Assembly: GCA_965113315.1 (NCBI GenBank)
Contig: OZ220365.1
Strand: one strand, 5' to 3'
Length of the DNA: 64,000 nucleotides
Source: Podarcis vaucheri
Lineage: Eukaryota
The notes beneath the pieces were generated by a model that saw only the letters and a list, made by a program, of their open reading frames with translations, ran no database searches and was not told the DNA's origin. A program made the translations under genes and the position numbers. Below are positions 49,934 to 63,139 of this stretch, piece after piece (the stretch's first letter is position 1; each line of letters begins with the position of its first letter).

Positions 49934-52900
49934 CAGAAGTCATAAACTAGCCTCAGATGAACTTGGACTATCAGAGTCTAATATTGTTGCATGCACTGCT
50001 AGGCAAAATGGTGGATTAGTCTGAGATATGATTGAAGGGGGCAAGATCAAATCATCAGGATCAGAAGAGGAGAGGACTTAGGACTTGCCCTCTCACACCC
50101 CTAAGCATCATGTTTTAGCAGCCGCCTCTTAGATCTGCTTTGTTCCTCCCCTCTCCTTTACCTGGGCACTGGATCATGCAAAGCCAGGCATAAAAGATCT
50201 ACAGTTCTCATAACCAATTAGCATTCTCAGGACATTGCCAGAGCTATGTAAAAAAATAATCTCTCCCATTTCCCTTTAAAGCAGAACTATTGCTTGGTGT
50301 CAATTGCTTTGATTTTGTATGCAATTACATTTCACCCTTTGCTTATTTTGCAATGACGTGGGGTGCACCTCATACATTCGGGAAGTGAACAGTTCAGATA
50401 ATTGGAAATGTTATTTTACATAAATTTATTTTATGTGGTGCTCTGCGGAAGGGACGTTGTGAATTCAGATCATGATGCCACTGCACTGCATAAGCTTAAT
50501 TTTCAATTTCAGTCTCCAAGGACTATTCCGCGCAATCCAAAACATGGTTTCCCACGGACAGTATACTCAATATGGGGAGCAATAGAATACACGTGTTTGC
50601 ACAAATAGGTTTGTGGCAGTCTCTTGCATTACATTCTTAGGTGTACAGTGGGGCAAGGAGAGAACTTTGTAGCCCCTAGTGCATTGCACAGAATGCTGCA
50701 CATCTTAACCCACAAATTAAACATATTGTCCTTTATTTCTGTTTTCTGAGTGGACAGGGAACTGTGATTGCCTCTCTCTACCTCATAATTATACTCTGCA
50801 TGAACTAAGCTGGTAAAGAAAACTACAATAAAAAAACCTGTCACATCAATTTGTTTACTTGGGCTGATTATTTTGCTTTGATTACACAGACCGCTGGGCT
50901 CAGCAGCCAACCTCTCCATCTTCGACCTTCTCCCCAGTTACCAAACGCGGCAAGTCAAGGTCAAGAGAGGCGGTCTTCAAACCTTCTAAGGGGTGGCTGG
51001 CATCTGACTGGGCAGGGAAATGGTCTATTCAAACCACTGAAGCTGCTGGTGGGAAGAAACAGGATCGGGACCATGGCACTGGGGGAACAGCAATTTAACC
51101 TTCCCCCCTGCTCCATTTTCCCAGTGAAAATAATCTCCTCTCAAGGTTGCTGTTTGCCTCATGATTGGCAGCAAATGGCCACCTAGTGATTTTGAAAGCA
51201 TGATCTGCCCGGACTGGAATGAACTGGAGATAGGATCAAGAAAACGGACACCAAAATCAGGACCAAAGAGCAACTGAAGGATGCATATCCACACCAGAGC
51301 TCAGAAAGGCCTTGTTGCTGCAGAAGAGTCCAATGGGCAGTGCAGATGGGCAGGATCAGTCCAGGGCCTAAGGATACATAGCTCCCTGGGTGGATTCTGC
51401 AACCTGTCATTCAATGGCTTATCAAAAGAGGGCAGCTGCACACAGGCCTGAAGCTTCCATGTTTGAGCCCCAGCAGCTCCTGGCATGATAGCATACTAAA
51501 TACGGCCTCTTCATCATTGTAATCTTCATCATTGGTGCCACAGAAAGACTGCATGCCTGAGTGCTAAAAGGTAACTGCGAGCTGTTAGAATTTGAATACA
51601 ACATATGATGGGCAGGTGTTGCTAAATTAAACTGGATAAGCCTTGCCTAAATGCCATGGGCTTTTGACTGACACATGGCGGGTGTGAATCAGTTGAGCTG
51701 TTCCCTGAGCCTTTAACTGGAAACAAAAACAGGCAGGCTTATCTCACTGAGAAGAGAAAAGAGCCATCTCTTTGAAATGGCAGCTGCTGAATAGGTCATT
51801 TAACATGTGCTGTTGCAGACGGACACAAGGGAACAATATTTTGTATTAACTAGGAATAATTAGCAGCAGGTTAATAGTCATGTCAAGAGCTGCTGGTTGC
51901 CATACAGCATTCTTCAAATGACAGTGATGTCCCTCTAAGTGCTGCGGAGGAAGGATGAATTGCTTTCCAGATTAGATGCAGGTCAGTAGCTGATATACTT
52001 ACATGGTACCAATTGCTAAAGTCAATGTCTGTCTGCCAGTTTAGTCCACAAAATAATTCTAAGACAAAAGATTCAAACCCAACAACCAAGCTGTAGAAAT
52101 AATTACACTGGCTGCATTCAGACATGGGGCTTGTTGTGTTAGTTTTGCTGGTTATAATGTTAGTGGTTCTGGAAATGCCAGCGTCAAACATTTCCTTTAC
52201 CAGTTGTGTTATGGAACTATGGCTTTTTTACCAATATGCTGCCATGCTGCGCTAAATTTTAAGTGACAGGAAATAATTGTCACCTGAACTTGAATTTCCT
52301 CTGCTCAGCCAGGGCTAAGTATCTCACCTGACTGAGATAGACATGTGCTGGCATAAGTCTATCAACCTGGCTCAGCTGGTGGACCCTAAGACAGTGTAAT
52401 TTAAGTTCCCCAAAAAGGGTGTTCTGAGGGCGGGGGCAGGAAGGGGTGAGGATAGGACCGTGAAAAACTTATACCTCTTCCAGACCCATTTCTGTTTGGT
52501 CATGGGACCTAACAACCCTGTGGAATGTAGCCCACAAAAAGAATGGTGCAAGTCAGAAACAGAAGAATATTTATTTGCATCAGCCATAGCAAGGTGCAAG
52601 TCAAATTTCTCCTGGACAGAGTTTCAAATGGGGTGATTTATGCCACCCTAGAGTACATCGGCTTTCTATAGTTAGGATTGTTCTATAAGTGCAACCAAGT
52701 CTGGATACAATCCAAGTGCCCGTGTTTGTGTTACTTTCATGGAACTCGGGACAGTTTACTTTTAAGTAAACACAGATAAGATTGGGCTGCAGTGCATAGG
52801 TTAATTCTGAAGAATATTTTTTGCTGCTGTTGTTTTTACTCTTGAACTATGCGTGAAGCTGTTAATGTACTAATTTTCAGTTGACTCAAATTTGTTACCT

Positions 52901-53110
52901 AGAGACTGGGTTCTAGGTTCATGGGAAGTCAGTTTTTCCCTTTATTTAGAACCTTTATAGAACACGATTTTTTAAAAGAATGATCCAAACGGTGTATAAT
53001 TTGAGAATAAGGGGCATAGTGCATAAATTAAAATGGGAGGTTCAGGGAAATGAAATATGGGTGTTTTTAAAAAAAAGAGAGAGAGAAGGCATGAGTATGT
53101 GTTTGTGTGC

Positions 53111-53138
53111 TGTGTGTGTGTGTGTGTGTGTGTGTGTG
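53111..53138. repeat. (TG)n microsatellite
   Basis: Seen directly. Confidence 0.95.
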
Positions 53139-54438
53139 CTCCCAAATTGTGTAGAGACTGAGATGCCTCTGCTGAACTACAGACTCAACAGTTTTTAACT
53201 ACCCTTGTCAGCTAAGTTAAAAAGTTTGTATCCATGAGGTTGGATCCAATGTCAGTCATACTCAAAGTAGACCCATTCAAGTTAATTGACATGACTAACT
53301 TAGTTTCATTAATTATAATGGGTCTATTTATTGGATGCCATGCATGGTCTGGACATATGCAGCAATGCTCTGCTAACCTTCCCTTGTACCTGATATGATG
53401 ACAGGCTGGTATGTGCCCCCACCAGTATTCCATGTACAGAAGCCAAGCAGACTGGCAGATGTACATTACTTCAAGATTGGCAATGAAACAGTATCCCTAC
53501 ACCACACTGGAGGGCAGCAGGCTAACTTAGGGGATTGAGGACACACTATGCGGTACAATCAACTCTGTTCTCTAATGCCTTGATGCAACTCTCACCCGTA
53601 TCTGCCGCTTGAGACAGTCATCTCGCTCTACCCAACAATAGGGCAGGCCATGTATGGTCTTCATAATCAATTGTTGATAAATTTTACAGCAGTTGTCTGG
53701 CATCTGACTAAAGCTAATTGCTTTTCCTTTTGAAATACTGTCTTTGCCTTCAAATGTGTTTTCAGCTGCGGTCTATAGCTAAGGCGGCAGCAGATATCTA
53801 AAAATAGTGTGGCTCATGCAGTTCTTAAGAAGTAGTTAAGTTTTTTAGCTACGGTGGCTCTGCCTAGAACAAATCACCTCTGACTAGTCACATTGCATGC
53901 AAATATTTATGCCCTTAAACAAACTGTTTGCATGTAATTACAAAACATGATTGCAATTACTAAAGTGTTTAATAAGACCCAAACTCTGCGCTCTAGGGAT
54001 TCATGGGTACACCAGTGACCTTGCCTGTTATTATAAATGAAAGCTCTCTTTTCCAGCACGAAACAATGTCACCTGCTAATGAAATAGTTTGACATTTTGT
54101 GTGTATGTGTCTATCAGATGGCATTCTTTTGCCTTTTCACAGCCAATTAAATTACAAAGTGAGGATGAAATGAGCACAGCTTCCCATCTCTCCACAACTC
54201 TTTGAGTGTGTGGCTGGGCAGGGGGAATCTGATGTGATGTTGTTGTATTTGTGTTTCCTAGCCAATAGAATAATGCAAAGAAAGAGAGAGTGTTAAAAAA
54301 TGTAAATCCATGTAAATCCTTCATTGAGGAGATGAAGAGGGAGACTTGGGTCAGTGGTACAAACATGCTCCCCAAATCATATAGTCTCAGCTGGCCAGAC
54401 TTCAAGTATAGGATTCCACATCTACAGGTGATAGGTGC

Positions 54439-54440
<2 letters not shown>

Positions 54441-54471
<31 letters not shown>

Positions 54472-54497
54472 ACACACACACACACACACACACACAC
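54441..54497. repeat. (TG)n-(CA)n inverted compound microsatellite
   Basis: Seen directly; palindromic around 54469/54470. Confidence 0.95.
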
Positions 54498-55404
54498 CCA
54501 GCAGATTGTAGCAAGGCGTGGTGGGGTAAAGGAGCAATGTTCTTCCTTCGGGGAAAAAATCAATTAGAGACCAAAGCATCCACAGACACAGAGAGACCAA
54601 ACAGTTAACACTACTGGGCACTTACAAAAAAACCTTCCCCATGAAATATCTCCCCCTCTGCAAAAAAACAAGTATGAAAATAAAAGGCCATAAAGTGTTT
54701 AACTTGTGAGTGTATTGCATTGAAATGATGAACTGCAGAGCTTTGCATAAGCAGCTGTATACATGACTGATCTTGCCATTTTCTCTACAAGCTCTCCATA
54801 AATTCAGGCCTCCTGTTGGCACCAAACCGATGCCCTAAATGCACCATAAGTAATCTGCCATTTCAACAGTAGTAGCTGGGCATTAAGTAGCAGGGGATTC
54901 TGTCAAGCGTTCCCTAATGACAGTCAGTAGCGTTCTCGTTCACATCATTTACAAGATTAAGGAGCACACTTCCAAGTTTACTTGTGTCAAATGATGGAGA
55001 AAATATATACAAATAATCCTCGTTACTCTGCTTTCTGAAACTGACAGCTTAATCAGTTACAGCTGCCATTTGAAGAAGTTTGCTAGGAATTCATAGCAAT
55101 TCATTTTATGACAAGACAAACAACACCTTGTTGGTAGGAACAAGAGAGATATTTAAGTGGCTTGTGTTGGTGAGGTATAGCAGCTAGAGGCCACAGGGCC
55201 AAATTCAGCCCTCTGAGTGGTGCCAACTCCCCTCTATAGTTCAGGGAGAGGAGTACTTGTTTAAAAGAACATGGTTCATTATGATTAAATTCAGCATTCC
55301 CATCGTGGATACCATAGAAATTTATTAACAGTATTAATACATTGATTAAAAATATCCATTAACCATTCAAAAACTTAGCCTGGTTATTTGCTTCATTTTG
55401 TTGA

Positions 55405-55406
<2 letters not shown>

Positions 55407-55468
<62 letters not shown>
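55407..55468. repeat. (CA)n-(GA)n compound microsatellite
   Basis: Seen directly. Confidence 0.95.
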
Positions 55469-56579
55469 CGCAATTGAATACTCACATTACAGTGTTGGGA
55501 GTACACACAGCCACTTTGCTTGACAGCATTCAACCTAGGAAGGGAAAAACACAATCAGAAAAGACAGGTATGATATAAGGACAGACACATCATCAGCGTT
55601 CCTGGAAGCTGCACCAGCACCCATGAAGCCACATGCCACCCACACATGGAGGGAGACAATGAACACACAGTGATTGGGACAGACCCTCAACACGTGCTCC
55701 TGTATCACCACAAAATGTGTATCAGGTGTTTTATAAAGGCATATTACTATTTCATAAAACATTTCCCTGTAACATTCTGAGGTCTGCCCCCCAGCTATCT
55801 TTGCTCCTTTGTATTCTCCTTTGCATCCTCTCTTGCCTCCTTAATTCTGAGCGCAAGCCAGTATCTTTTAGGTAGGTAGCCCAAGATACCCTTCCGCCTA
55901 ATCGGATGGACTTGTTCCCCAGTTCCATCAATTATTTCCCCACTGCATCCATGCAAAATGAATCCTGCCGAGATGGTTCAGAGGCTGAGCTCATCTTTTT
56001 TTAAAAAAAAACACGATTCCCATTTCAAAAGAGCTAAAGCAATAGGATTAATAATATTCCTCTGTTTCCCTAATGCACCAGCTCGTCCGTGGAAGATATT
56101 TAAGAAACATTTCAGCATCTACTTGCTTGTAAACATGCCTGGCTGCTTTGTTTCCTTCTCTAGTCCATTCCGTGAAGGTAGCCTTCCCCAACCAGGTTCT
56201 TCAACCCTGACCATTGGCTATGCTGATTGGGGCTGGTGGAAGTTTGAATCTAAGAACAATGGGAAGTCACAGCTTCTCCGCCCCTGCTGTGTAATGTACT
56301 ACATTCAACAGGGGTGTGGAACTGTTTTCCGCCTGAGGACCACATTCCCTCATGAGCAGCCTACATTCCGACATATGGGTGGAGTCAGAGGGAAAAATGG
56401 GCGGAGCAATGGATGTAAATCCTACCTTGCACAGTAGACTACATTCCAGCTGCATGGAAGCATCCTGAAGTTCCCTATCCCTGCTTACAAGATCTTTTTA
56501 TTCCTAAAGAAGAGTAGAAAGTTCTCAGAATCCTTCCTAGCCATAAGCATAAAGCAGTGAAAGCCGTCGCTTTATTGTA

Positions 56580-56740
56580 GGAAACAGTTATTGGGTAAGT
56601 GGCAGAAACCAAAAGAATATTTTTGCTCTGGTGAGAAAAAGCAGAGAGTTAACCACCAGACACAAATTTGTCACAGGAAAAGGGCGGCTTGACATTTCAG
56701 ATATTAAACATTATTATGAAGCAACACAGCTCCAGGCTTT
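56580..56740 (+). pseudogene. decayed L1 ORF2 fragment
   Basis: GGL..SDIKHYYEATQLQA resembles the GGL.LP....YY.A.QL motif found downstream of L1 RT. Confidence 0.5.
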
Positions 56741-57001
56741 AGCACAGCCTTCCTTAGCCTGGTAACCTCCAGATGTGTGTGAGTTGTTGTTTTTTAATCT
56801 TCAGTACTAGCTATATCTAGAGTTCCAGAGGTTGCCCATGCCTATTATACAGAGCATATGGGAGGGGAAATGATATGCCCCTTTTGGCTGATCTATGGCA
56901 ATGCGGAAGAGGGCTGAGGTGAAGTCCTTCCCTGAACTTCTGCACCCTTTTTTATACTGTGCTGTTGAGGGGACATTTTGGAATGGCAGTGGTGGTTGTA
57001 T

Positions 57002-57276
57002 GAAGAAGAAGAAGAAGAAGAAGAAGAAGAAGAAGAAGAGAAGAAGAGTTTGGATTTGATATCCCGCCTTTCACTCCCCTCAGGAGTCTCAAAGCGGCTA
57101 ACATTCTCCTTTCCCTTCCCCCCCACAACAAACACTCTGTGAGGTGAGTGGGGCTGAGAGACTTCACAGAAGTGTGACTGGCCCAAGGTCACCCAGCAGC
57201 TGCATGTGGAGGAGCGGAGACGCGAACCCGGTTACCCAGATTACGTGACTACCACTCTTAACCACTACACCACACT
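57002..57276 (-). mobile_element. tRNA-derived CORE/MIR-like SINE (Squam3-like) with expanded (TTC)n tail
   Basis: Homologous to the other three copies, with subfamily differences (CCTTTCACTCCCCTCAGG). Confidence 0.92.
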
Positions 57277-60074
57277 ATTCTGGGCGCTGTGGTTTGTTAA
57301 GGGTTGCTGGGAATTGTAACTCTGCTTGGGGTAAACTCTAGTGCCCAGGATTATTTGAGGGTTTAAAGGAGCAGAGTGTATACATGGCCTTAGGTGTAAG
57401 CCAGGTTGGGAAAACTGTTGCCTTCCCAAATGTTGGTAGACTACAACTGCCCCATTGCCCCTTCCCATTGCCCAGGCCAGCTGGGACTGAGGAGAGCCAG
57501 GACTCATCTACATTAGTAAAGAAAAAGCATTTTATATGCGTTATGACACCAGATGGTGCTATGGAGTTCCGTCTTCACCAATGTGATTTCGCACATTGAG
57601 GTTTACAACGCGTTTTCCCAAAATGCTTTTTTGATGCGTCTAGACCCAGCTTTGGTGTCCAAAACCTCTGGAGAGCCATATGTTCTCCATTCCCCTGGGA
57701 TTTAAGTGAGGGTGTTATTTCTAACAGCACGCGCAGAGGTAACTTGCCAGTGAATAGCACTGATTGACTATGCATGTTACCTGACACAAAAAAGGTGTTA
57801 ATTAGTTTCAAGTGATGCAATTGTGAATAAATTCAATATGCATGTGAATAAATAAAATTGTTCAGAAGCAAAATGAAAAACCACTTGGTTTTTTTTATGA
57901 TGCATGTACATCGTAACAAGCACCACCTTTCCTTCTTGTGAGCTCCCATTCAAGTATTTACGACTCTGCCTTTTATGAATGGCTGGTGAATGGTTGCTGG
58001 CTGGCTCTGTCTTCATTGCATGCCTGAATGTTGCACAGGGCATAGAGTTTGTATGTGCATAGAGAGAAACTATATATTAGAGAAAATGACTCTAGACTAA
58101 CCTTTCCCCTGACATGCTTGTTGTCTATCCACAGGGCTTTTGTGTACAGAAACCAAAAGTTTTCTATGTGCAGAAGTATTCATTTATGTGAATATCCCTC
58201 AGCGCTCTGAAACGGTTCGATCCGGACTCAGGTTTACCATCTAGGCCTATGTGTGCATGTGTACAAACACAACTACACAAATTATCAAGGCCTTGGGAAT
58301 AGGAGGACTCTCTGGAGATACGTATATAGATCCTTTCCCATCTTGTTCTCTCCAGTTCCCTCTCTCTCATTTTTCAGAGTCAGTATTCCAGCAGTAAGCA
58401 TACCGATGTTGATTTATCTCCTAATATGCTGCTGATGCAAAAAGTGACACATGTCCCATGCGGAATGACCTTGCAATCTAAATAATATTGAGAGAAGTGT
58501 GTCAAGAATGAGAAGCACAGGCGGCAGCACAGTGCAGGTTTCTGCATGTTTTTAAAAAATCAATTCATGATACCCAGGAAAATAGAGAGGAAAATAATTG
58601 AAGATGGGCTTGCTGCTGTAAACAGCAGCTTATATAGAGTCCTTCCCCTCCATAATATGACCACCATGTCCCGGTGCTATTATTAGCTGATGGCATTATT
58701 GATGACATCATACCTGCTACTGCTGGGGTGGAGGAATATGCAAGGCGATAACTTAAGGACATGGGCTAAGATGTTACAGAGGGGAAGAAGGTATCCCTGG
58801 TGTTTCGTTGTGACCTTATGCTTCTTTAACATGATTCATCCTTTGCAAGAGAGGAAATAAAAACTTGGCATGCAGTACCAAGATTTGCATTTCATCTTTA
58901 TGAACAGGTTGTCATAGTAACACAAAACCCAAAACTAAATAAAATTATTGTATTAGTCTTCTTTTGTATGGACCTTTATACCTCCTCTGTATACAAGACC
59001 ACACCATTCTGTTCCATATTAATTTATTCCAGAACAGTTTCCACCTGCAACCATTCCAGACTTGCAATCATTAATGTAGGTTAGAAGCCACACATCTGTC
59101 TGCATTGAAAAGTATTTTTGGAGGAAGTGATAAATCATATTTTGACATGTTTAGGCTCTCTGATATTAGACACAAATAGCTTGGCTCATTTGTCTCACAA
59201 CACAAGCTTATCCACATCTATTCAGAAGTGGGGCCCATTGAATTCAGTGAGGCTTTCTTCCAGGAAAGTGTGCAGACAGATTAGAGCCTTAAAGAGTATC
59301 TGTGTTAATTGAGCTTAAAAGTGACTACAGAAAATCAGAATCCAGTTTATTTTTTTAAACTATCCAAAAAAATTTAAAAATAATGAGGAAGGCCTTTAAG
59401 CACAATGAAATAGCATTAAATAAAATGTGGATAATGTATTTTGCCATCTGATCCTTACTTTAGTTTCTCATTTGTATCCCTTTTTTCTGAAAGATCTCAC
59501 AACAAGAAGAGCATTCCATTCCATTTTTTATTTCTGTACTGCCTTGCTACATTATTGTACTCAAGATGGCTGACAGTCCACAGAAACGATAAAATGTAAA
59601 ACAAAAACCACACTGCCGTCCTAACAGTTCAAAAGAGAACTAAAAGCAAGTTAACAAAATTCAGTAACCCATTTCTTACCTAGTAATAAATAGCAACAAT
59701 GAAACAATATTTGTAAAAAGGTACTCAGAGAGCACAAGGTTAGGAATTTGTTGAGGCTCTAAGTAAAGGTCTTCCCAAAGTAGTCCATCTGCTGTTGGAC
59801 TTCAGCTGATATCAGCCTAAGCCTGTGTGGTCAATAGTCAGGGATGATGGGAGCTGGCGTCAAAGACTTCTGGAGGATGCCAGTTTGGGAAAGACAAGCT
59901 GTGAGGTCATGAACATAGCCAAAAAGAATATTCCTCTTACATATTTTATTGCTCTACTGTATTGTGTATATATACCAGAGAGGTCCAACCAATTCCTGCT
60001 TCCCCAATATGTGCTTCTCTTTCAAAAGGTGTGTTTCTTTTTTAGACATTAATAGCACAAAACTATGTACCTGT

Positions 60075-60426
60075 GGGACATGGGTGGCGCTGTGGGTTAA
60101 ACCACAGAGCCTAGGACTTGCCGATCAGAAGGTTGGCAGTTCGATTCCCCGCGACGGAGTGAGCTCCCGTTGCTCGGTCCCAGCTCCTGCCAACCTAGCA
60201 GTTCGAAAGCACGTCAAAGTGCAAGTAGATAAATAGGTACCGCTCTGACAGGAAGGTAAACGGCATTTCCGTGCGCTGCTCTGGTTCACCAGAAGCGGCT
60301 TAGTCATGCTGGCCACATGACCCGGAAGCTGTACGCCGGCTCCCTCGGCCAATAAAGCAAGATGAGCGCCGCAACCCCAGAGTTGGCCACGACTGGACCT
60401 AATGGTCAGGGGTCCCTTTACCTTTA
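60075..60426 (+). mobile_element. Sauria SINE, full length
   Basis: GGGAC..GGTGGCGCTGTGGGTTAAACC head, B box GTTCGATTCC, body GCAGTTCGAAAGCACGTCAAAGTGCAAGTAGATAAATAGGTACC, (CCTTTA) tail. Confidence 0.92.
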
Positions 60427-61232
60427 TGTATGTGTACTCATGTCAGCAAATTTCACTGTGTGCAGTGGTGCTTACTCACAGGTAAGTGGACACAGGATTG
60501 TAGCCTAAGGTACCTCGGGTACACACTAAGAATCTACATAAGGTCTAGGGGTGAGCCACTTTGCTGAGAAAATTTCGTATGATGGGGTTCTACAGGACAG
60601 ACTTTACTAGTCATTGCCAGATTCCCACAAAGAAGCCAAAGGCCACATCAATATATTGCAAAAGGAATGCAAATTGGCCTCCTCTAGCATCTGAATGGAA
60701 ATGGATCATGGAGCACTAAATTTTAAAGCATACCTTCATGTGGGAAACAAAGATATCATCTTGCTGAAATAAAATTACCTTGGAAAGAAAACGTTCTACT
60801 GTTTGGAAGAAACAATTTGCAGTCAGTCATAGAACGCTTTACCAAATATAGTAACTTTGAGAATGACTATTTATGTGTGTGTATTTTGAAGGAGGAAAGG
60901 CGCATTGACTTTAGCATGTTGATTTTTTAATTTTTTTTGGTGATAACTACTTGTTGGATTTTAACAGATTGCTGGCAGTGTTTTCCAGATATACAAAACG
61001 GCTTATGCTTTCAGTTTGACACATTTTACAACCTGATAGCAAAAATGCATTGCAAGACAAAGTGCCAAATCATTTTGCCCAATGCTGTATAATTAATTGT
61101 TTCTGCTTATAGAGAAGTGAATAATTTAGTTTTCGGGACATAGGAAATGTGTCTGCTCTCATTTCACAGGAAATTCTACATAGAAGAAACACAGAGTGGC
61201 ATAGCAATGGGAGGCATCCGCCAGCTAGCAAG

Positions 61233-61353
61233 TTTTTAAGGAGAAGCTGGATGACCATCTGCCATGGATGCTTTAGCTGAGATTCCTGCATAGCAGAGAG
61301 TTAGACCAGATGACCCTCAGGGTCCCTTCCAACTCAGCAACTCTATGATTCTA
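61233..61353 (+). mobile_element. CR1 LINE 3' end
   Basis: TTTAAGGAGAAGCTGGATGACCATCTG..GATTCCTGCAT..GACCAGATGACCCTCAGGGTCCCTTCCAACTC..CTATGATTCTA. Confidence 0.8.
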
Positions 61354-61378
61354 TTATTCTAATCTAAGTCTTTGCTAA

Positions 61379-61629
61379 TTTGATCCCCATATGGGGCAGC
61401 CACATATTCCTCCATTGCAGGGGGTTGAACTAGATCAGGCTTCCTCAAACTCAGCCCTCCATATGTTTTTGGCCTACAACTCCCATGATCCCTAGCTAGC
61501 AGGACCAATGGTCAAGGATGATGGGAATTGTAGTCTCAAAACATCTGGAGGGCCGAGTTTGAGGAAGCCTGGACTAGATGATCCTCGTGGTCCCTTCCAA
61601 CTCTACAATTCTGTGATTCTTTGATTCCA
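61379..61629 (+). mobile_element. CR1-tailed SINE fragment interrupted by a 136-bp hAT MITE (61436-61571)
   Basis: MITE TIRs CAGGCTTCCTCAAACTC / GAGTTTGAGGAAGCCTG; TSD AACTAGAT / GACTAGAT. The host sequence continues as a CR1 tail. Confidence 0.88.
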
Positions 61630-62772
61630 TATAATAGCACTATATTTAACACTATATATGCCAGTATGGTGGCCTTCAGATGCTTTAGACTACAACTCCC
61701 TTCAGCCCTAGCAAGCATTGCCAGTGTTCATGAACTGTAGAAGTTGTAGGCTTGCTTTTTGAAAACCTTACACACCTTATTTGTTGGTTTCATACTATTT
61801 GGCATAGTACTGCTTTGCAGTAGCTGCTTGTTTGATTATTGTTTATATGTGATTGCACTGGAAGTGCTTACTACATTTGATTGATGTTAACTGATAGTTA
61901 AAAGAGCACCAGACAGCACTCTGTGTAAGCTTGCTATGAATCTCCTTTTAGGATTTGGTTCATCTCTAAAATAATAGATAGTTTTACACACCACTCCTAT
62001 CTCCGAACACTGCAAGATCCCAGGCCGGGTTTTCCTCTCATATACCTGCTGGGATTGACAAGGCATCTGACCCTCACCTATATCTCATAGCTCTCCTGCA
62101 GCTGCCTCTAATTACTTATCATTTAACTCTTGGGGGAAATAATTAGCACCACAAGTCATGTGCATGGAAGTAGTCGAACAAGTCTTATTAGTTGCTGACG
62201 TATGAGCGGATTTTATTTGCTGCTATTCTGGGCTTCTGGTGCACCAGGGTTTACACCAGCATAATAGAGTTGGCCAGGATGCCAGAAGGGATACAATTTA
62301 TGAGCTTTCTCCATTATCTGCACAGCAAGGGGTGTGCAACAGTGCAAAGGCTGAGCTGAAGCATTCCCTGCTGGTTACCTGCTTTCAACAGTAGGGGTCG
62401 CTGTTTGGTAGTACTCAATTGGTTAGCTGTCAGATTCTAGAGTTCCCTATTGGTGGCTCTTAGGTAATTCACAAAAACAGAGTCTGTTCATAAAGCACAG
62501 TGTTCATTCATAAAGCAGTAACATAAATCTCCATTGCTACATATTGTGTGTATATTTCAGTGGTTGAATGTACAAGTTTATGGCCATGCTGTAGTGTAGT
62601 GCTTATGCAACTGTGAATAAAAGGTGGCTGAGCTCATTGTCTCGGGGTTTGGGGGGGGGGCAAAACTGATTTCTAATAAGTGCCCCCCTTTTATTTCCAT
62701 AACAAGTCCTTGAGCCTGTACTCTGAATGGTGACACCAGAGACTTAGAAGGTGCAGGGCTTGTCAGTCTCAT

Positions 62773-63139
62773 CAGGGCTGACCTTAAGGCAACTGGAGCA
62801 ATTTAGCCAAATTGGGTCCGGCGGGCCGCTCCTAAGGGGCCCCCGGCACCAGGGCAATCTAGATGGATTTTATTTATAGCTATAAGATTTTGCAGACTTT
62901 GGTTCTGAACTGGGGCCCTACAAAAAAAAAAGTTGCGCCCCACTGCTTCAAATTGGGCCCCACTGGATACCCCTGAGACTAATAGTTGCTGGGCCTGAGT
63001 TGCCCTGCCCTTGCATGAAGTCTTGGGTTTCCAATTTTGGAAGAGGGGACACTGCGGCACTGGGGAGAGGGCAGGCTGGCAAGGCCCCCTAGAGGCCCTA
63101 GGCTTCAGCCTACTTTGCCTATACATAAATCCGGCACTG
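62773..63139. mobile_element. GC-rich hAT-like MITE remnants (possibly two elements)
   Basis: CAGGGCTGACCTTAAGG start, AAATCCGGCACTG end, repeated GGGCCC subterminal motifs; no clean TSD. Confidence 0.5.

Noticed and set aside
54076-54621. 181-aa minus-strand ORF
   Set aside because: Spans the (TG)/(CA) microsatellite, starts at a non-ATG codon and has no recognisable domain.
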